The position numbers were made by a program, and so were the translations under genes. Shown here one piece after another: positions 35,891-46,623 of a stretch of 63,240 nt of DNA. Numbering within the stretch: the stretch's first letter is position 1; every line of letters begins with the position of its first letter. Source of the DNA: Desulfobacterales bacterium (GTDB lineage Bacteria; Desulfobacterota; Desulfobacteria; Desulfobacterales; UBA5616); contig JAWODC010000060.1 of the NCBI GenBank assembly GCA_046483495.1, forward strand, positions 1-63,240, read 5' to 3'. The notes beneath the pieces were generated by a model. That model searched no databases, was not told the origin of the DNA, and was given only the letters and a program-made list of their open reading frames with translations.

Positions 35891-37780
35891 TCAGGAAGCG
35901 GGCTTGTAGGTTTCATCGATAATCGTCACCGGTTCGAAGGTTTCTCCGGACGCCATGGCCGCTTCGGTTTCCTCCCTAAGGGCCTCATCGTACCAGAACA
36001 GTCCACCGGTAGCACTGCTGAACGGGTCGAAAAGCCCCTGGGTCTGTTTGGTGCCCGGGACCTCCGGAAGCCGCCACCAGCGCCAGCAAGCCTCACGCAC
36101 ATACGGCACCATGAACGTGGGGACGAACGGACAGATCTCGTGTATTTTTTCCTGGATGCCGAGGGACAGCGAAATGCGCTCCGCTTCATCCAGGGACTCC
36201 CGGTAGGCTTCGATCAGGCGGTCCATTTCGGGATCATCCGTGTTGGTGATGTTGTTGGTCTGGGGCCGATGCGCATTCACCGAGTGAAAGTGCTCCCAGT
36301 ACTGGGGCCTCAGGGATGTGCTCCAGCCCATCCATGCCACATCATGCTTCTTTTCGAGAACATTCTTGAATGCCGAGGAAGCATCCAGCTTCTGCAGCCT
36401 GAGCTCTATACCCGCTTTTTTGGCCTCTTCCTTGAGCACCACCAGGCGCGGGGTGTCTTCATCAAAATGGTAGGTCACTTCAACGGAAAACCGCATCCGG
36501 CCGTTTGTCCAGATGCCGTCGCCCCCCCGATGCCAGCCGGCCTTTTTCATATAGTGATCCACCTTCTCCAGATCGAACCGCCGTGCCCGAATCGTTTCGT
36601 TCGTGTAGGGGCCGTACCCCATGAATCCCTGTTCCAGCCGAAAATAATCATTGCGGAGCACCTGGCTGATCACTTTTTCGACGTTCATGGCATGGGCGAA
36701 CGCATAGCGCACGTGCTTATTCTTGAAGATTTCCTTATCCTGGTTCAACCACAACCCCCTGGCAGACCGCTGCGTATCGTTGAAAAACCAGATGCGGTGA
36801 ATGTATCCGTCAGTCACTTGGGACACATTTGATTTGACATGCCAGTATTTCGGGATCGTGATGGAAAAGGCGTCGATTTCGCCTTTTTTAAAGTATTCCC
36901 ACATGATGTTGAAATCCCGAATCACGTCGTAGACGACATAATCCACGTTGTAGCGGTTTTTAAAATATTGTAGATCTCCGGCCCACCAATCCTTTTTCCG
37001 CTTCAGTTTGACGTATCTTCCTTTTTTAAAATCGCTGATCTGATAGGGACCGGTGTTTGGTGCGATTTTCCAGTTGTATTTTCGAATAAAATCCTCGGTC
37101 AGCTCACCGTAATAATGGCGGGGGGTCGGACTGATCCCGAGTTTCAGGTGAAGATCCGGCTCCGGTTTGGTGCCGACCACGGCGATGGTATGGTCATCAT
37201 AAACGATCACCTTCTCGATTTCCTTGGTATAATAATCGTTGTACCAGGGAGCGATGATGTGGGGAGAACGCATGAACTCCAGGGTATAGGTGAAATCATG
37301 CGCCGCCACCGGATGCCCGTCCGACCATCTCGCCTCCGGGTTCAGCTTGAAGTACATGGTTTTCCTGTCCTTGCCGAAAGCCCAGTGCGTAGCGATTTCC
37401 GGGATGATGTTCAGTGTGTTGGGATGAATACCGATAAGCCCGAAGGAGTTGCTGCGCAAGACACCGGCAAAACTGCTGTTTGAATCCGGGCCCACCATTC
37501 GAAAAGTCATGGGAAAGCTCAGAATGGCGTCATGAAAAACACCGCCCTTTTCGGCCTCCTCGGATGCAAAAACGGAGTCCGTATCATTGGTCAGCCATTC
37601 GATGCCCTCCGGAAGCGGTTGACGCACTTCCGGTTCGGTGCTTTCCACTGCGGCTTCGGCAATGGATTTCATTTTCACTGTTTTTTCTTCTTCGGCCTTG
37701 GGGCCGCACCCGAAAAGAACACCTATCAGAACGAGCATGAAAATGAACGCATAAACGCTTTTCTTTTCACTAATCGTCAT
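35891..37780 (-). CDS. Family-5 extracellular solute-binding lipoprotein (YejA-like)
   Basis: 629 aa. Lipobox LFGC, FKLNPEARWSDGHPV, TGPY, VRYAFAHA. Confidence 0.88.
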   Translation of the reverse strand: MTISEKKSVYAFIFMLVLIGVLFGCGPKAEEEKTVKMKSIAEAAVESTEPEVRQPLPEGIEWLTNDTDSVFASEEAEKGGVFHDAILSFPMTFRMVGPDSNSSFAGVLRSNSFGLIGIHPNTLNIIPEIATHWAFGKDRKTMYFKLNPEARWSDGHPVAAHDFTYTLEFMRSPHIIAPWYNDYYTKEIEKVIVYDDHTIAVVGTKPEPDLHLKLGISPTPRHYYGELTEDFIRKYNWKIAPNTGPYQISDFKKGRYVKLKRKKDWWAGDLQYFKNRYNVDYVVYDVIRDFNIMWEYFKKGEIDAFSITIPKYWHVKSNVSQVTDGYIHRIWFFNDTQRSARGLWLNQDKEIFKNKHVRYAFAHAMNVEKVISQVLRNDYFRLEQGFMGYGPYTNETIRARRFDLEKVDHYMKKAGWHRGGDGIWTNGRMRFSVEVTYHFDEDTPRLVVLKEEAKKAGIELRLQKLDASSAFKNVLEKKHDVAWMGWSTSLRPQYWEHFHSVNAHRPQTNNITNTDDPEMDRLIEAYRESLDEAERISLSLGIQEKIHEICPFVPTFMVPYVREACWRWWRLPEVPGTKQTQGLFDPFSSATGGLFWYDEALREETEAAMASGETFEPVTIIDETYKPAS

Positions 37781-37881
37781 TTTTTCAGCTCCTTAAATCG
37801 TTGTTTGTGATGTCGCATCCCGTCCGATGCCGGTGACTCCCGGCCGGGACACGCACATCGCTTCTTTTATCGTCTATTTTT

Positions 37882-38931
37882 TTATTCATAAATCGTATGC
37901 ATTTTTGGATCGAAGGCCTCCCGAACCGCCTCTCCGATAAACGTTACCGTGACGAGCGTCACCGTCATGGCCAGGACGACGGAACCGGCGATCCAATACG
38001 CATCCATGTTGGCCCATCCCTGCTGCAGCAATTCACCCCAGCTCGGTGTGGGCGGCGGAAGGCCGAACCCCAGGTAATCCAGGGATGTCAGCGCTACAAT
38101 GCCGCTCGATACGGCAAACGGCGCGTATGTCACGATGACGGATATCGTGTTGGGTATCACATGCCGAAAAATGATCCGCGAGTTCGTGGCGCCCAGAGCC
38201 CTTGCAGCCAGCACATATTCCCTTTCTTTTTCTTTGTAGGTGACGGTCCGCATGACCCAGGTAATGGATATCCAGCCGAAAAACGCCATAATTACGATCA
38301 GCAGGAAAAAATTCGGCACTACGATGGCGGAAACGATGATCACCACATACAGAAATGGGACATTGGACCATATCTCGATTATCCGCTGAAAGAACAGGTC
38401 GAACCTTCCTCCGAAAAAGCCCATGGCGCATCCGATGCTGACGCCGATGGCATAATTGATCGCCAGGAGCGCCAGCGAGAAAAAAATGGCGATCCGAAAT
38501 CCGTAAACCAGCCGGGCGGCCACATCCCGTCCAACCGTATCGGTTCCCAAAAGATGGCGGTCTGCAATCGACGGCGGAAACGGCGGATATTCATTGGGCC
38601 TCAAATCGTTTTCATAGGCGTTGTACGGAATGATCGGCATCAGCACCCAATTGTCATCATCGCCGACTGCTTCGAACCGCTGCTTCAGTTGAAGGTAATT
38701 GGTTTCATACCGGTAATCCAATCCAAATACACGCCCCGGAATCATATCACCGTAGGTGGGGAAATAATAGTCTCCCTCATACTTCACCACAACGGCCCGG
38801 TTGTTGACGAGCAGTTCCGCACCGAGCGAACCGGCGATCAAAGCAATGAGGACGATAAAGGAAACATATCCCCGCTTAATGGATGTAAAACGCCGAATTT
38901 TTTTCCGGGTCAAGGGGTTCAGACGCATCAT
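37882..38931 (-). CDS. Peptide ABC transporter permease (YejE/OppC-like)
   Basis: HLLGTDTVGRD, EYVLAARALGA, LDYLGFGLPPPTPSWGELL. ATGA overlap with the upstream gene. Confidence 0.92.
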   Translation of the reverse strand: MMRLNPLTRKKIRRFTSIKRGYVSFIVLIALIAGSLGAELLVNNRAVVVKYEGDYYFPTYGDMIPGRVFGLDYRYETNYLQLKQRFEAVGDDDNWVLMPIIPYNAYENDLRPNEYPPFPPSIADRHLLGTDTVGRDVAARLVYGFRIAIFFSLALLAINYAIGVSIGCAMGFFGGRFDLFFQRIIEIWSNVPFLYVVIIVSAIVVPNFFLLIVIMAFFGWISITWVMRTVTYKEKEREYVLAARALGATNSRIIFRHVIPNTISVIVTYAPFAVSSGIVALTSLDYLGFGLPPPTPSWGELLQQGWANMDAYWIAGSVVLAMTVTLVTVTFIGEAVREAFDPKMHTIYE

Positions 38932-39959
38932 TCGAACCTCACCCGGGGATCGACAACGGCCACGCACATGTCGGACAAAATGTTGCCGATCATCAGCAGG
39001 AGCGAAGATATCACCAGAATTCCCAGCACCACCGGGTAATCCCGCTCTACGATGGATTCATAGCCGAGAAGCCCCATTCCGTTGATGTTGAAGACCTTTT
39101 CGATGAGAAACGATCCCATCAATATGATCGAAATGTTATTCCCAAAGCTCGTGGCAATGGGAATGAGACTGTTTCGAAGGGCATGGTTGAAAACAGCTTT
39201 CTTAAAAGACAACCCTTTGGCCATGGCCGTTCGCACGTAGTCCGAAGCCAGATTGTCCAGCAGCGTATTCTTCATGAGAAACGTCATTACGGTAAACGAG
39301 CCGGCGACATATGCAATTACCGGCAGCACGGAATGACGCGCCAGGTCTTTTATTTTATCCGGCCAGGCCATATCGTAAAATTCATCGCTGACCAGTCCTC
39401 CGAGGGGAAAGACGTCCCAATGGGAGGCAAACAGCACCAGCATCAATATGCCGATCACCCATCCGGGAATGGCATACCCGATAAACACGACAATGGAAGA
39501 GGCATTGTCAAACACGCTCTTGTGCCGGACGGCCTTTGCAATGCCGAGAGGAATGCAGACGCTGTAAATGAGGACCAGTGAAATGACGCCGAAGTACAAT
39601 GAAATGGGGATCCGTTCACGAATCATATGCCATACCGGATCATAATACCGGGTTGACGTTCCCAGATCCCCTGACAGGACCTTTTTCAGCCATATAAAAT
39701 AGCTGACCAGCACCGGTTTATCAAATCCGTAGTACTTTTCCAGCTGTTCGATCTGCTCATCCGAAAGCGGCTGGCTCTGACGCTCCCCCACCACGCCGGC
39801 TCCGGACCGCCCTTCGGCAAACTGCATCTGCTGGGCCTGTGCGATCATGCGCTCGATGGGTCCCCCGGGGACAAATCGAGTGATGACGAACACCATCACC
39901 GTGACGCCGATAAACGTCGGAATGATCAATATCAATCTGCGAAAAAAATAAGCCGCCAT
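38928..39959 (-). CDS. Peptide ABC transporter permease (YejB/OppB-like)
   Basis: YFFRRL...VPGGP, YGFDKP, DYVRTAMAKGLS, VDPRVRF. Confidence 0.92.
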   Translation of the reverse strand: MAAYFFRRLILIIPTFIGVTVMVFVITRFVPGGPIERMIAQAQQMQFAEGRSGAGVVGERQSQPLSDEQIEQLEKYYGFDKPVLVSYFIWLKKVLSGDLGTSTRYYDPVWHMIRERIPISLYFGVISLVLIYSVCIPLGIAKAVRHKSVFDNASSIVVFIGYAIPGWVIGILMLVLFASHWDVFPLGGLVSDEFYDMAWPDKIKDLARHSVLPVIAYVAGSFTVMTFLMKNTLLDNLASDYVRTAMAKGLSFKKAVFNHALRNSLIPIATSFGNNISIILMGSFLIEKVFNINGMGLLGYESIVERDYPVVLGILVISSLLLMIGNILSDMCVAVVDPRVRFE

Positions 39960-40114
39960 GCACTTTTCCGGTGTGAAACCGCCACCCGCTCAGCAGTCGG
40001 TTAATACCATCTGTTCTGAAAACGGAGAACCAAGCCGCATCCGTCTCCCGGTCCTTTTATTTGCCGCCGGGCCGACGAACCCCTCATGGGTAAAGCAATT
40101 AAAATTAATCAACT

Positions 40115-40260
40115 AGAAGTGGTTTCAAAACCTTCAATCAGGTCAAAGATCAAGGCGGGAAGAAGGATTCAAGCGCAGGAATACATTACGTATTTTGAGC
40201 ATTGAATCCTTCATCCCAACGCCGATATTGGGCCTGAGGGGAGGTTTTGAAACCACTTCT
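40115..40260. repeat. 146-bp palindromic MITE/ERIC-like element
   Basis: Perfect 19-bp terminal inverted repeat AGAAGTGGTTTCAAAACCT (40115-40133 / 40242-40260) with nested internal stems. Confidence 0.85.
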
Positions 40261-40320
40261 TAGAATATCGAAAAGACATACCGTGGGCAAGTGAAAAGAA
40301 TGTGAACAACCCGCTTTAGA

Positions 40321-40463
40321 TCGTGTCCATCCCGAAATGGAGTGACAGCCGTTTCCGGACGGGCATAGGACAGGAAACACGCCCCGCTGTAAGCCCCGGC
40401 AAGGCACCGAAACAGGATCCATCCGGAAGTAAGAAAAATCACTCCATTTCCGGGTGGATACGA
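40321..40463. repeat. Pair of inverted short palindromic repeats (REP/MITE-like)
   Basis: 40321-40345 matches the reverse complement of 40439-40463 at 22/25. Each half can also fold as its own hairpin. Confidence 0.7.
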
Positions 40464-40504
40464 AAAAAAAGGAGGGAGTGGCCGAACAAAAGCCCATTCC
40501 CTCC
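40463..40504 (-). terminator. Intrinsic terminator of rplM-rpsI
   Basis: On the minus strand, a GGAGGGAATGG...CCACTCCCTCC stem-loop followed by T8, just after the rpsI stop. Confidence 0.8.
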
Positions 40505-40527
40505 CAAACAACCAAAGATCCCTTGAA

Positions 40528-40923
40528 TTATCGCTTCGAGAACTGGAATCGTGCCCGAGCACCTCTCTGTCCGTACTTTTTGCGTTCCTTGACCCTGGGG
40601 TCCCGACGAACAAATCCTGCACGCTTCAGCGGCACACGGAACTCGGAATTCGCAAGGATCAATGCCTTGGTGATGCCGTGCCGAATGGCGCCGGCCTGTC
40701 CCGAAATACCGCCGCCTACGACTCGGATCTTCACATCGAAATCTTCGAGTGTATGGGTCATTGCCATGGGTTGAGTGAGGATTGTCTTGGCAGAATCCAC
40801 CTTGAAATATTCATTCACAGGCCGGTCATTTACGGTGATCTGACCGTTTCCGGGCATAAGCCATGTCCTGGCAATAGCGGACTTCCGTCTTCCGGTCGCG
40901 TAAAACACATTGTCTTTATCCAT
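40528..40923 (-). CDS. rpsI: 30S ribosomal protein S9
   Basis: YATGRRKSAIAR, GGGISGQAGAIRHG, ERKKYG...QFSKR. ATG at 40923 with GGAG RBS. Confidence 0.98.
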   Translation of the reverse strand: MDKDNVFYATGRRKSAIARTWLMPGNGQITVNDRPVNEYFKVDSAKTILTQPMAMTHTLEDFDVKIRVVGGGISGQAGAIRHGITKALILANSEFRVPLKRAGFVRRDPRVKERKKYGQRGARARFQFSKR

Positions 40924-40964
40924 ATTATTCTCCAACTTCGCCGGTCATATGGACCGTATCCGTA

Positions 40965-41399
40965 TTAGATCTCCATCACTTCAGGCTGCTGAGCCTCATG
41001 AGGATGCTCATTGCCCGCATATACCTTCAGCTTCTTGAACTGCTTTCGCCCCAAACTGTTTTTCGGCAGCATACCCTTGACCGCGAACCGTATCACATCC
41101 TCGGGTTTTTTTTCCAGCAATTCCGAGGCGGTGATGGTTTTCAGCCCTCCCATGTACCCGCTGTGCCGATAATATTTTTTCTGTTGTTTTTTGTCTCCCG
41201 TCAACGACACTTTTTCCGCATTGATGACGATGACCCCATCACCGCAATCCATATGCGGCGTGAACAGCGGGTTGTGTTTCCCTCTGAGGACCGATGCCAC
41301 GTAAGAGGCCAATCTCCCGAGAACTTTGTCCTCGGCATCGACGATCCACCATCTTTCGGGGCAATCCCCGGCTTTTGCACTGTATGTATATTTTTTCAC
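40965..41399 (-). CDS. rplM: 50S ribosomal protein L13
   Basis: WWIVDA...LGRLAS...[25 protein letters not shown] start at 41399 with GAGGAG RBS. Confidence 0.98.
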   Translation of the reverse strand: MKKYTYSAKAGDCPERWWIVDAEDKVLGRLASYVASVLRGKHNPLFTPHMDCGDGVIVINAEKVSLTGDKKQQKKYYRHSGYMGGLKTITASELLEKKPEDVIRFAVKGMLPKNSLGRKQFKKLKVYAGNEHPHEAQQPEVMEI

Positions 41400-41510
41400 A
41401 GCATACACTCCTCTGTTAAAGAATCTGTGATTATTAATGAAAATTGATGGTCGTGTCAAGTAAAAATTCCCTGTTTGACACCCTCCGGAAAAATCTGATA
41501 GTCACATGGC

Positions 41511-42146
41511 ATGGAGGCTCAACTTGAAATCGAAGTTAAATTTTATGTGACGGATATTCAGCCGGCCCGGCAGGCCGCCATGGCATTGCGAGCTGAGAGC
41601 CTCGGGAGGTTTTTCGAAACCAATATACTATTGGACGACCGGGAAAACAGCCTCTTTAAAAACAATTGTCTTCTCCGGCTTCGAAGGGACCAAAAATGCC
41701 GGGTGACCTTCAAAGCCCCCGTGACTTCGACCGACCCCGATCATCATGAGCAGCATGCGTTCAAGATACTCAATGAAATTGAAATCGAGGTCGATGATTT
41801 CGAAAGAACCCGGGAACTGTTCGCCTCGCTGGGGTTTTCCCCGGTAAGGCGCTACGAGAAATACCGGGAATCGCTGATCCTGAAAAACACCCGGATATGC
41901 ATCGATACCATGCCTTTTGGAAACTTTATAGAAATAGAAGGTGAAAAAAAGGATATTCGCACCATTGCAAAACATTTGGGATTTTCATGGGAAAATCGCA
42001 TTACCGCCAATTACGTTGAAATTTTCGAGGCGATAAAGAACAAAGCGCATCTGACGTTCAGCGACATTACCTTTAAAGCATTCCATCAAGAGGTGAAAAA
42101 CCGGATTCACCCGATTTTAAACGATATGTTCGGCACGGGGCAATGA
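41511..42146 (+). CDS. CYTH domain protein (class IV adenylate cyclase-like)
   Basis: EIEVKF (ExExK), LLRLR, EIEIEV, YEKYRE, FIEIEG. Confidence 0.88.
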   Translation: MEAQLEIEVKFYVTDIQPARQAAMALRAESLGRFFETNILLDDRENSLFKNNCLLRLRRDQKCRVTFKAPVTSTDPDHHEQHAFKILNEIEIEVDDFERTRELFASLGFSPVRRYEKYRESLILKNTRICIDTMPFGNFIEIEGEKKDIRTIAKHLGFSWENRITANYVEIFEAIKNKAHLTFSDITFKAFHQEVKNRIHPILNDMFGTGQ

Positions 42147-42907
42147 AACGGATGTTTTCGGTAGTGACCATGAATTTGCGGTTCGGAATGGCCGAGGACG
42201 GCACCCACAGCTGGCGGTTTCGGAAAACGGTGTTTCCCGAACTGCTGAATCGCCTGCCGGCGGATTTTTATTGCTTTCAGGAAGCCAATAACTTTCAGAT
42301 CGATTTTTTAAATGAGGTTTTGGGCGATTATCACCTGATCGGTCGGCGCAGTCCGGCACCCGAATTCTGGCAGCACAACATCATTTTTTACCATCCCCGA
42401 TGGAAATGCATGGCTTCCGATCACTTTTACCTAAGCCCCACGCCTTCGATTCCCAGCCGTTTTAGAAAAAGCAAATGGCCCAGGCAGTGCACCCTTGGTG
42501 AGTTTTACAGCCGGTCACGCGAAGTGGTGTGCATCAATACGCATTTTGATTTCGATCCCGGGGTTCAAGCGGACAGTGCAAAATTGATTCTCAGTCGGAT
42601 TGACGCCTTTCCGAAAGAAAATCCGGTGATTGCCTGTGGTGACTTTAACAGCAGTCCTCAAGGACCCGCCTATAAGCTGTTTACGGAATCCGGCTCTCGG
42701 CCCCCATTCAAAAATGTATTTTCAGCTCCATTTCCGGCAACCCATCACGGTTTTACCGGTGAACGTGACGGCAATTATATTGACTGGATTTTGTATCGGG
42801 GCAATATTCAGAAAAAGCATGCCGCGGTCATTTCCACCGCAATCAACGGCATCTATCCGTCGGATCATTTCCCTGTAACAGCAACTTTTTCCCGTCTCGG
42901 CGCGTAG
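42143..42907 (+). CDS. Endonuclease/exonuclease/phosphatase family protein
   Basis: TMNLR, CFQE, NTHFD, GDFN, IDWI, SDHFPV. Confidence 0.9.
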   Translation: MKRMFSVVTMNLRFGMAEDGTHSWRFRKTVFPELLNRLPADFYCFQEANNFQIDFLNEVLGDYHLIGRRSPAPEFWQHNIIFYHPRWKCMASDHFYLSPTPSIPSRFRKSKWPRQCTLGEFYSRSREVVCINTHFDFDPGVQADSAKLILSRIDAFPKENPVIACGDFNSSPQGPAYKLFTESGSRPPFKNVFSAPFPATHHGFTGERDGNYIDWILYRGNIQKKHAAVISTAINGIYPSDHFPVTATFSRLGA

Positions 42908-43260
42908 TTGATGATGGCGTTAACGTCCGCAAGCCCATTTTCCAGCGGTTGGGCAACGGTTGCATTCAAGTTCCCGCCGGGGTCCAGGATCAGGTGCATG
43001 CATTTGATATCACCGATGCATATTCCGGATTCGGCAATCGTAACATCCCCGGCGAGAATTTCGCCCCTGAATCGGCCGGCGATGGTGACGCGGTGAGCCC
43101 GAATCCCGGCAACGACATTCCCGCTTTTGGAAATGACGACCTCGGACGCCGAAAGCGTGCCGTTCAATGTACCGCCGATAACCATCTTCCCATCGACGGC
43201 GACATTGCCCTTTACGGCCATATTCTGTTGAATGATGGAGAAATGCCTTTTCTTTTTCAT
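42865..43260 (-). CDS. Bactofilin (polymer-forming cytoskeletal protein)
   Basis: SII...VKGNV...IGGTLNG...VTIAGRFRGEI beta-helix pattern. Confidence 0.82.
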   Translation of the reverse strand: MKKKRHFSIIQQNMAVKGNVAVDGKMVIGGTLNGTLSASEVVISKSGNVVAGIRAHRVTIAGRFRGEILAGDVTIAESGICIGDIKCMHLILDPGGNLNATVAQPLENGLADVNAIINYAPRREKVAVTGK

Positions 43261-43994
43261 GCTCCGGACGCTTCCGTCGGTTCTTCGATGGCTATTTCCT
43301 TTTCCAGCAAAAGAACGCCTGCGGTATCATAAACATATACCGCAGCACTCGTGTACGATTCGAGAGGAACAGCCGCCGTCGTTGACAGCTTTATAGGTTT
43401 GAAGTTTTCGATTGAAAAGGCGTGTCCCCGCGCGTAGTCGCCCGAATCCCCACCCGCCTTTGCACCGGCGGGAAGGACGATCCGGTTCAGTCGATTGTCG
43501 GACCCATCCCTCAAGAGAACGGACGTGTAACCGGCCACGGCCTTTTTTTCTTCTCCGATTTTGGAAAGTGTATATTGAATGTGGATGCGGTGATGCTGCG
43601 TGTCGGAAGTGATAAAAAACCCATCGACGGCGACATCGCCGGTATCGGTCGGCGTTTTGGCGGCAGCTTTATCGGTGACGGATTCTTTCTTTACCAGCCT
43701 CAACAGCAAATTCCGATTTTCACTTTCCAGTTTTTCAATCCGATGTTCGAAATGTTTCAGCTGTTCGGCCATTTGCCTGTTTTCCCGCGCCCAATCCAAA
43801 GAAAACGCGACGTACAGACCGGCTGAAATCAGAAAGACCGGAGTGACGATTGCAAGTGAAACAGCGAGTTCTTTCAGATGCAAAAAAGAAACCACACGGC
43901 CCGCGTCATCCACGAAGAGAAGAGACCATTTTCGGGCTTTTCTGAATCGTCTTTTCGGCAATTCGCGTACACCGTTTTGATCGGGGATCGCCAA
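43257..43994 (-). CDS. Hypothetical membrane-anchored coiled-coil protein
   Basis: One TM helix followed by a coiled coil. Coupled to the neighbouring genes; TTG start. Confidence 0.65.
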   Translation of the reverse strand: MAIPDQNGVRELPKRRFRKARKWSLLFVDDAGRVVSFLHLKELAVSLAIVTPVFLISAGLYVAFSLDWARENRQMAEQLKHFEHRIEKLESENRNLLLRLVKKESVTDKAAAKTPTDTGDVAVDGFFITSDTQHHRIHIQYTLSKIGEEKKAVAGYTSVLLRDGSDNRLNRIVLPAGAKAGGDSGDYARGHAFSIENFKPIKLSTTAAVPLESYTSAAVYVYDTAGVLLLEKEIAIEEPTEASGA

Positions 43995-43995
43995 T

Positions 43996-44796
43996 TTACA
44001 TCACCACCTTTACACGATCGCCTTTTCTCGCCTCGAAGTAATTCGCGGCGCTGCCGAAGTTGACTGAAATTTCCAAATATCCCCTGCTGCCGATGACGGA
44101 CAGAGGAGCGCCTTTCTTTACAGAGCCGTAAGTGGTTGAAAGGCCGTTTATTTCCCGACCGTTCAGACTGACGGCAACAGCGGCGGGGTTGATGTGATCA
44201 AGCAATTCGCCTCCGATATTTGTCAACAGGTTTCCAAAGCGGTCGGTCGCAATGACGACGCCGTTTATCGTATGGTCGTTTTCGATCCGGGCCCGTTTTA
44301 CGGCTAGTTTTGCCAGGTCCGCCGGCCGCAGCATCCGTCCCAGGCGCTTTATAGAGAGCCCTGCGGATACATGGGCGGCAACCGGCGCAAATATATCACG
44401 GCCGTGAAAGGTGGTGCTCACATGTGACAGGAAATAGGCATCATTATCGATGGAAACAGCGGATGCATTACGCCCGCCCTCCAGCAGCAGGCCCAGAACG
44501 CCGTTGTCCGGGGCGACAAAGGTATGCCCGTCGATCTGAACGGCGACTGCCATGCGTTCCCCCCCCACCCCCGGATCCACAACGATGACATGGACCGTTC
44601 CTTCAGGAAAGTACCGATATGCCGCTTCAATAATAAAAGAAGCCTGGACAATGTCCTGCGGATCGATGGCATGCGTAATGTCGATGATGCGCACATCGGG
44701 ACTGATCGAAAGGATGACGCCTTTTACCACGCCCACATATTCATCCTTCAGCCCGAAATCCGTTAAAAGCGATATCACGCGGGTTCCTTCAGCCAT
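43996..44796 (-). CDS. SAM hydroxide adenosyltransferase (chlorinase/fluorinase family)
   Basis: ISLLTDFG, VVDPGVG, APDNG, STTFHGRDIFAP, DRFGNLLTN. Confidence 0.92.
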   Translation of the reverse strand: MAEGTRVISLLTDFGLKDEYVGVVKGVILSISPDVRIIDITHAIDPQDIVQASFIIEAAYRYFPEGTVHVIVVDPGVGGERMAVAVQIDGHTFVAPDNGVLGLLLEGGRNASAVSIDNDAYFLSHVSTTFHGRDIFAPVAAHVSAGLSIKRLGRMLRPADLAKLAVKRARIENDHTINGVVIATDRFGNLLTNIGGELLDHINPAAVAVSLNGREINGLSTTYGSVKKGAPLSVIGSRGYLEISVNFGSAANYFEARKGDRVKVVM

Positions 44797-44867
44797 TATT
44801 ATTTGCCCGATGTGATCGATAGCATACCACGGCCCGTCGATTCAAAAAACACCTGGTTGGTGCCTTT

Positions 44868-45908
44868 CTAAAAAAGGCGGGCCCGGACCTTATAGCCGAG
44901 ATGGCGGTAAGCCGAATCAGAAGCCTTTCGTCCGGAAGACGTTCGGATCACAAAACCGATTTTCAACAAAAAAGGCTCCACCACGTCCACCAGGGTGTCC
45001 GTCTCCTCCTGAAGCGTGGCGGAAATCGCTTCGATGCCCACCGGTCCGCCATGATAATAGTCGATAATCGTTTTCAAATACCTGCGATCGAGTTGGGTCA
45101 GCCCTTTTGCATCAACGCCTTCGAGCTTCAGTCCATCCTCGACCACCTGTTTGTTTATGTACCCGTCCGCCCTGACCTGTGCATAATCTCTAACCCGTTT
45201 CAACAGCCGGTTTGCGATGCGCGGTGTTCCACGCGACCGTCCGGCCAATTCCGCCGCGCCTGCATCATCGATGGTTACATCCAGCAGAAGAGCCGATCGC
45301 CGGATAATCCGAACCAGATCGGTTGCGTTGTAGAAATCCAGGCTGCGCATGATCCCGAACCGGTCACGAAGGGGTGCGGACAGCAAACCGACACGGGTTG
45401 TGGCTCCCGCGAGAACGAACCGATTCAAGCGGTAACGGTGGCTTCGAGCGTGCACTCCCTTGTCGAATACAAAATCGATGGCAAAATCCTCCATTGCAGA
45501 ATACATGAACTCTTCAACGATTTTCGGCGTTCGGTGGATTTCATCGACAAAGAGCACGTCGCCGTCCTCCATATGGGTCAAAATTCCCACCAGGTCGCCG
45601 CCTTTTTCCAGGGCCGGTCCGGAAGTGACGGTCAGATTGGTTTCCATTTCTTTGGCGATAATGTGCGCCAGCGTGGTTTTACCCAACCCCGGCGGCCCAT
45701 GAAAAAGCACATGGTCGAGCGGTTCGCCGCGCTGCTTGGCCGCCTGTATGGCAATTTTCAGCGTTTCGACAATTTCCACCTGACCGACATAGTCATCCAG
45801 GCATTCGGGCCGCAAAGACAGGATGTCGGGTTCCTGATCTTCCGGACGGCATTCACTCGAAACGATATGGCTCCGAATGGTATGGTGCTTCAGAATATCA
45901 TCCGTCAT
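44868..45908 (-). CDS. ruvB: Holliday junction helicase RuvB
   Basis: LRP...[35 protein letters not shown]. Confidence 0.97.
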   Translation of the reverse strand: MTDDILKHHTIRSHIVSSECRPEDQEPDILSLRPECLDDYVGQVEIVETLKIAIQAAKQRGEPLDHVLFHGPPGLGKTTLAHIIAKEMETNLTVTSGPALEKGGDLVGILTHMEDGDVLFVDEIHRTPKIVEEFMYSAMEDFAIDFVFDKGVHARSHRYRLNRFVLAGATTRVGLLSAPLRDRFGIMRSLDFYNATDLVRIIRRSALLLDVTIDDAGAAELAGRSRGTPRIANRLLKRVRDYAQVRADGYINKQVVEDGLKLEGVDAKGLTQLDRRYLKTIIDYYHGGPVGIEAISATLQEETDTLVDVVEPFLLKIGFVIRTSSGRKASDSAYRHLGYKVRARLF

Positions 45909-46519
45909 TGATTTTTCTCTCCGCGATACACTTCGTCGAAAAGAGCTTCAGGTGTCGAAATCGTGCTGTTTCGTGCCAGCGCTTCTTTGATCATGCGCCG
46001 CGCATCGAGACTTTTATGCCCCAGCTGCATCACGAGGACCTCGTAGATGGGTTTTGTGAAATCCTCGATCACCTCGGGTGCCGCCTCTTCTTTTCGAATG
46101 AGGGCATATTTGTCCATTTTGCCCTGCAGCGCGGCAACGATTTTTTTGGCCGTTCGTTCCCCGATTCCTTTCAGCCGCGACAAGCTTGCGACATCCCTGG
46201 ATTCTATGGCCCGGGCGATTTCTCGAATGGGGATGGTCAGTGCCTTGACGGCTTTAAGCGGTCCGATGGCTTCAACGGAAATGAACTGCTGAAAAAATTC
46301 TTTTTCAGCTTCGAGATGAAAACCGATAAGAATGGGCCGGGGCTGCCGCTCCGTTTGGTGATAATATATCGTCAATGACAGGTTTTCACCGATAGCCTTG
46401 TGCCTGATCGTCTCCATCACGAATGCGGGCAACATGACCTCATATCCCACCTGGTTGGCCAGAAGCAGAATCCGGTCGTTTTCCTTTTTGAGTAATTTTC
46501 CTTCCAGATACCCGATCAA
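45905..46519 (-). CDS. ruvA: Holliday junction binding protein RuvA
   Basis: MIGYLEG, VGYEV, HhH motifs ([14 protein letters not shown]); lies between ruvC and ruvB. Confidence 0.94.
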   Translation of the reverse strand: MIGYLEGKLLKKENDRILLLANQVGYEVMLPAFVMETIRHKAIGENLSLTIYYHQTERQPRPILIGFHLEAEKEFFQQFISVEAIGPLKAVKALTIPIREIARAIESRDVASLSRLKGIGERTAKKIVAALQGKMDKYALIRKEEAAPEVIEDFTKPIYEVLVMQLGHKSLDARRMIKEALARNSTISTPEALFDEVYRGEKNQ

Positions 46520-46623
46520 TCAATGTCCTTCCGAAATATGGCCCCAAACAATCTCCTATCGCCGAAGCAGGAGGCGTTGTTCACGTCTACCACCGGTCCA
46601 TCATCCATTATCATCAAAGGTCA

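Noticed and set aside
33817..39959. ABC operon as the missing T1SS exporter
   Set aside because: It has a binding protein, two permeases and OppD/F-type ATPases, which is importer architecture.
43996..44796. Halogenase (fluorinase/chlorinase) natural-product cluster
   Set aside because: Housekeeping context; most family members are SAM hydrolases and no biosynthetic genes are nearby.
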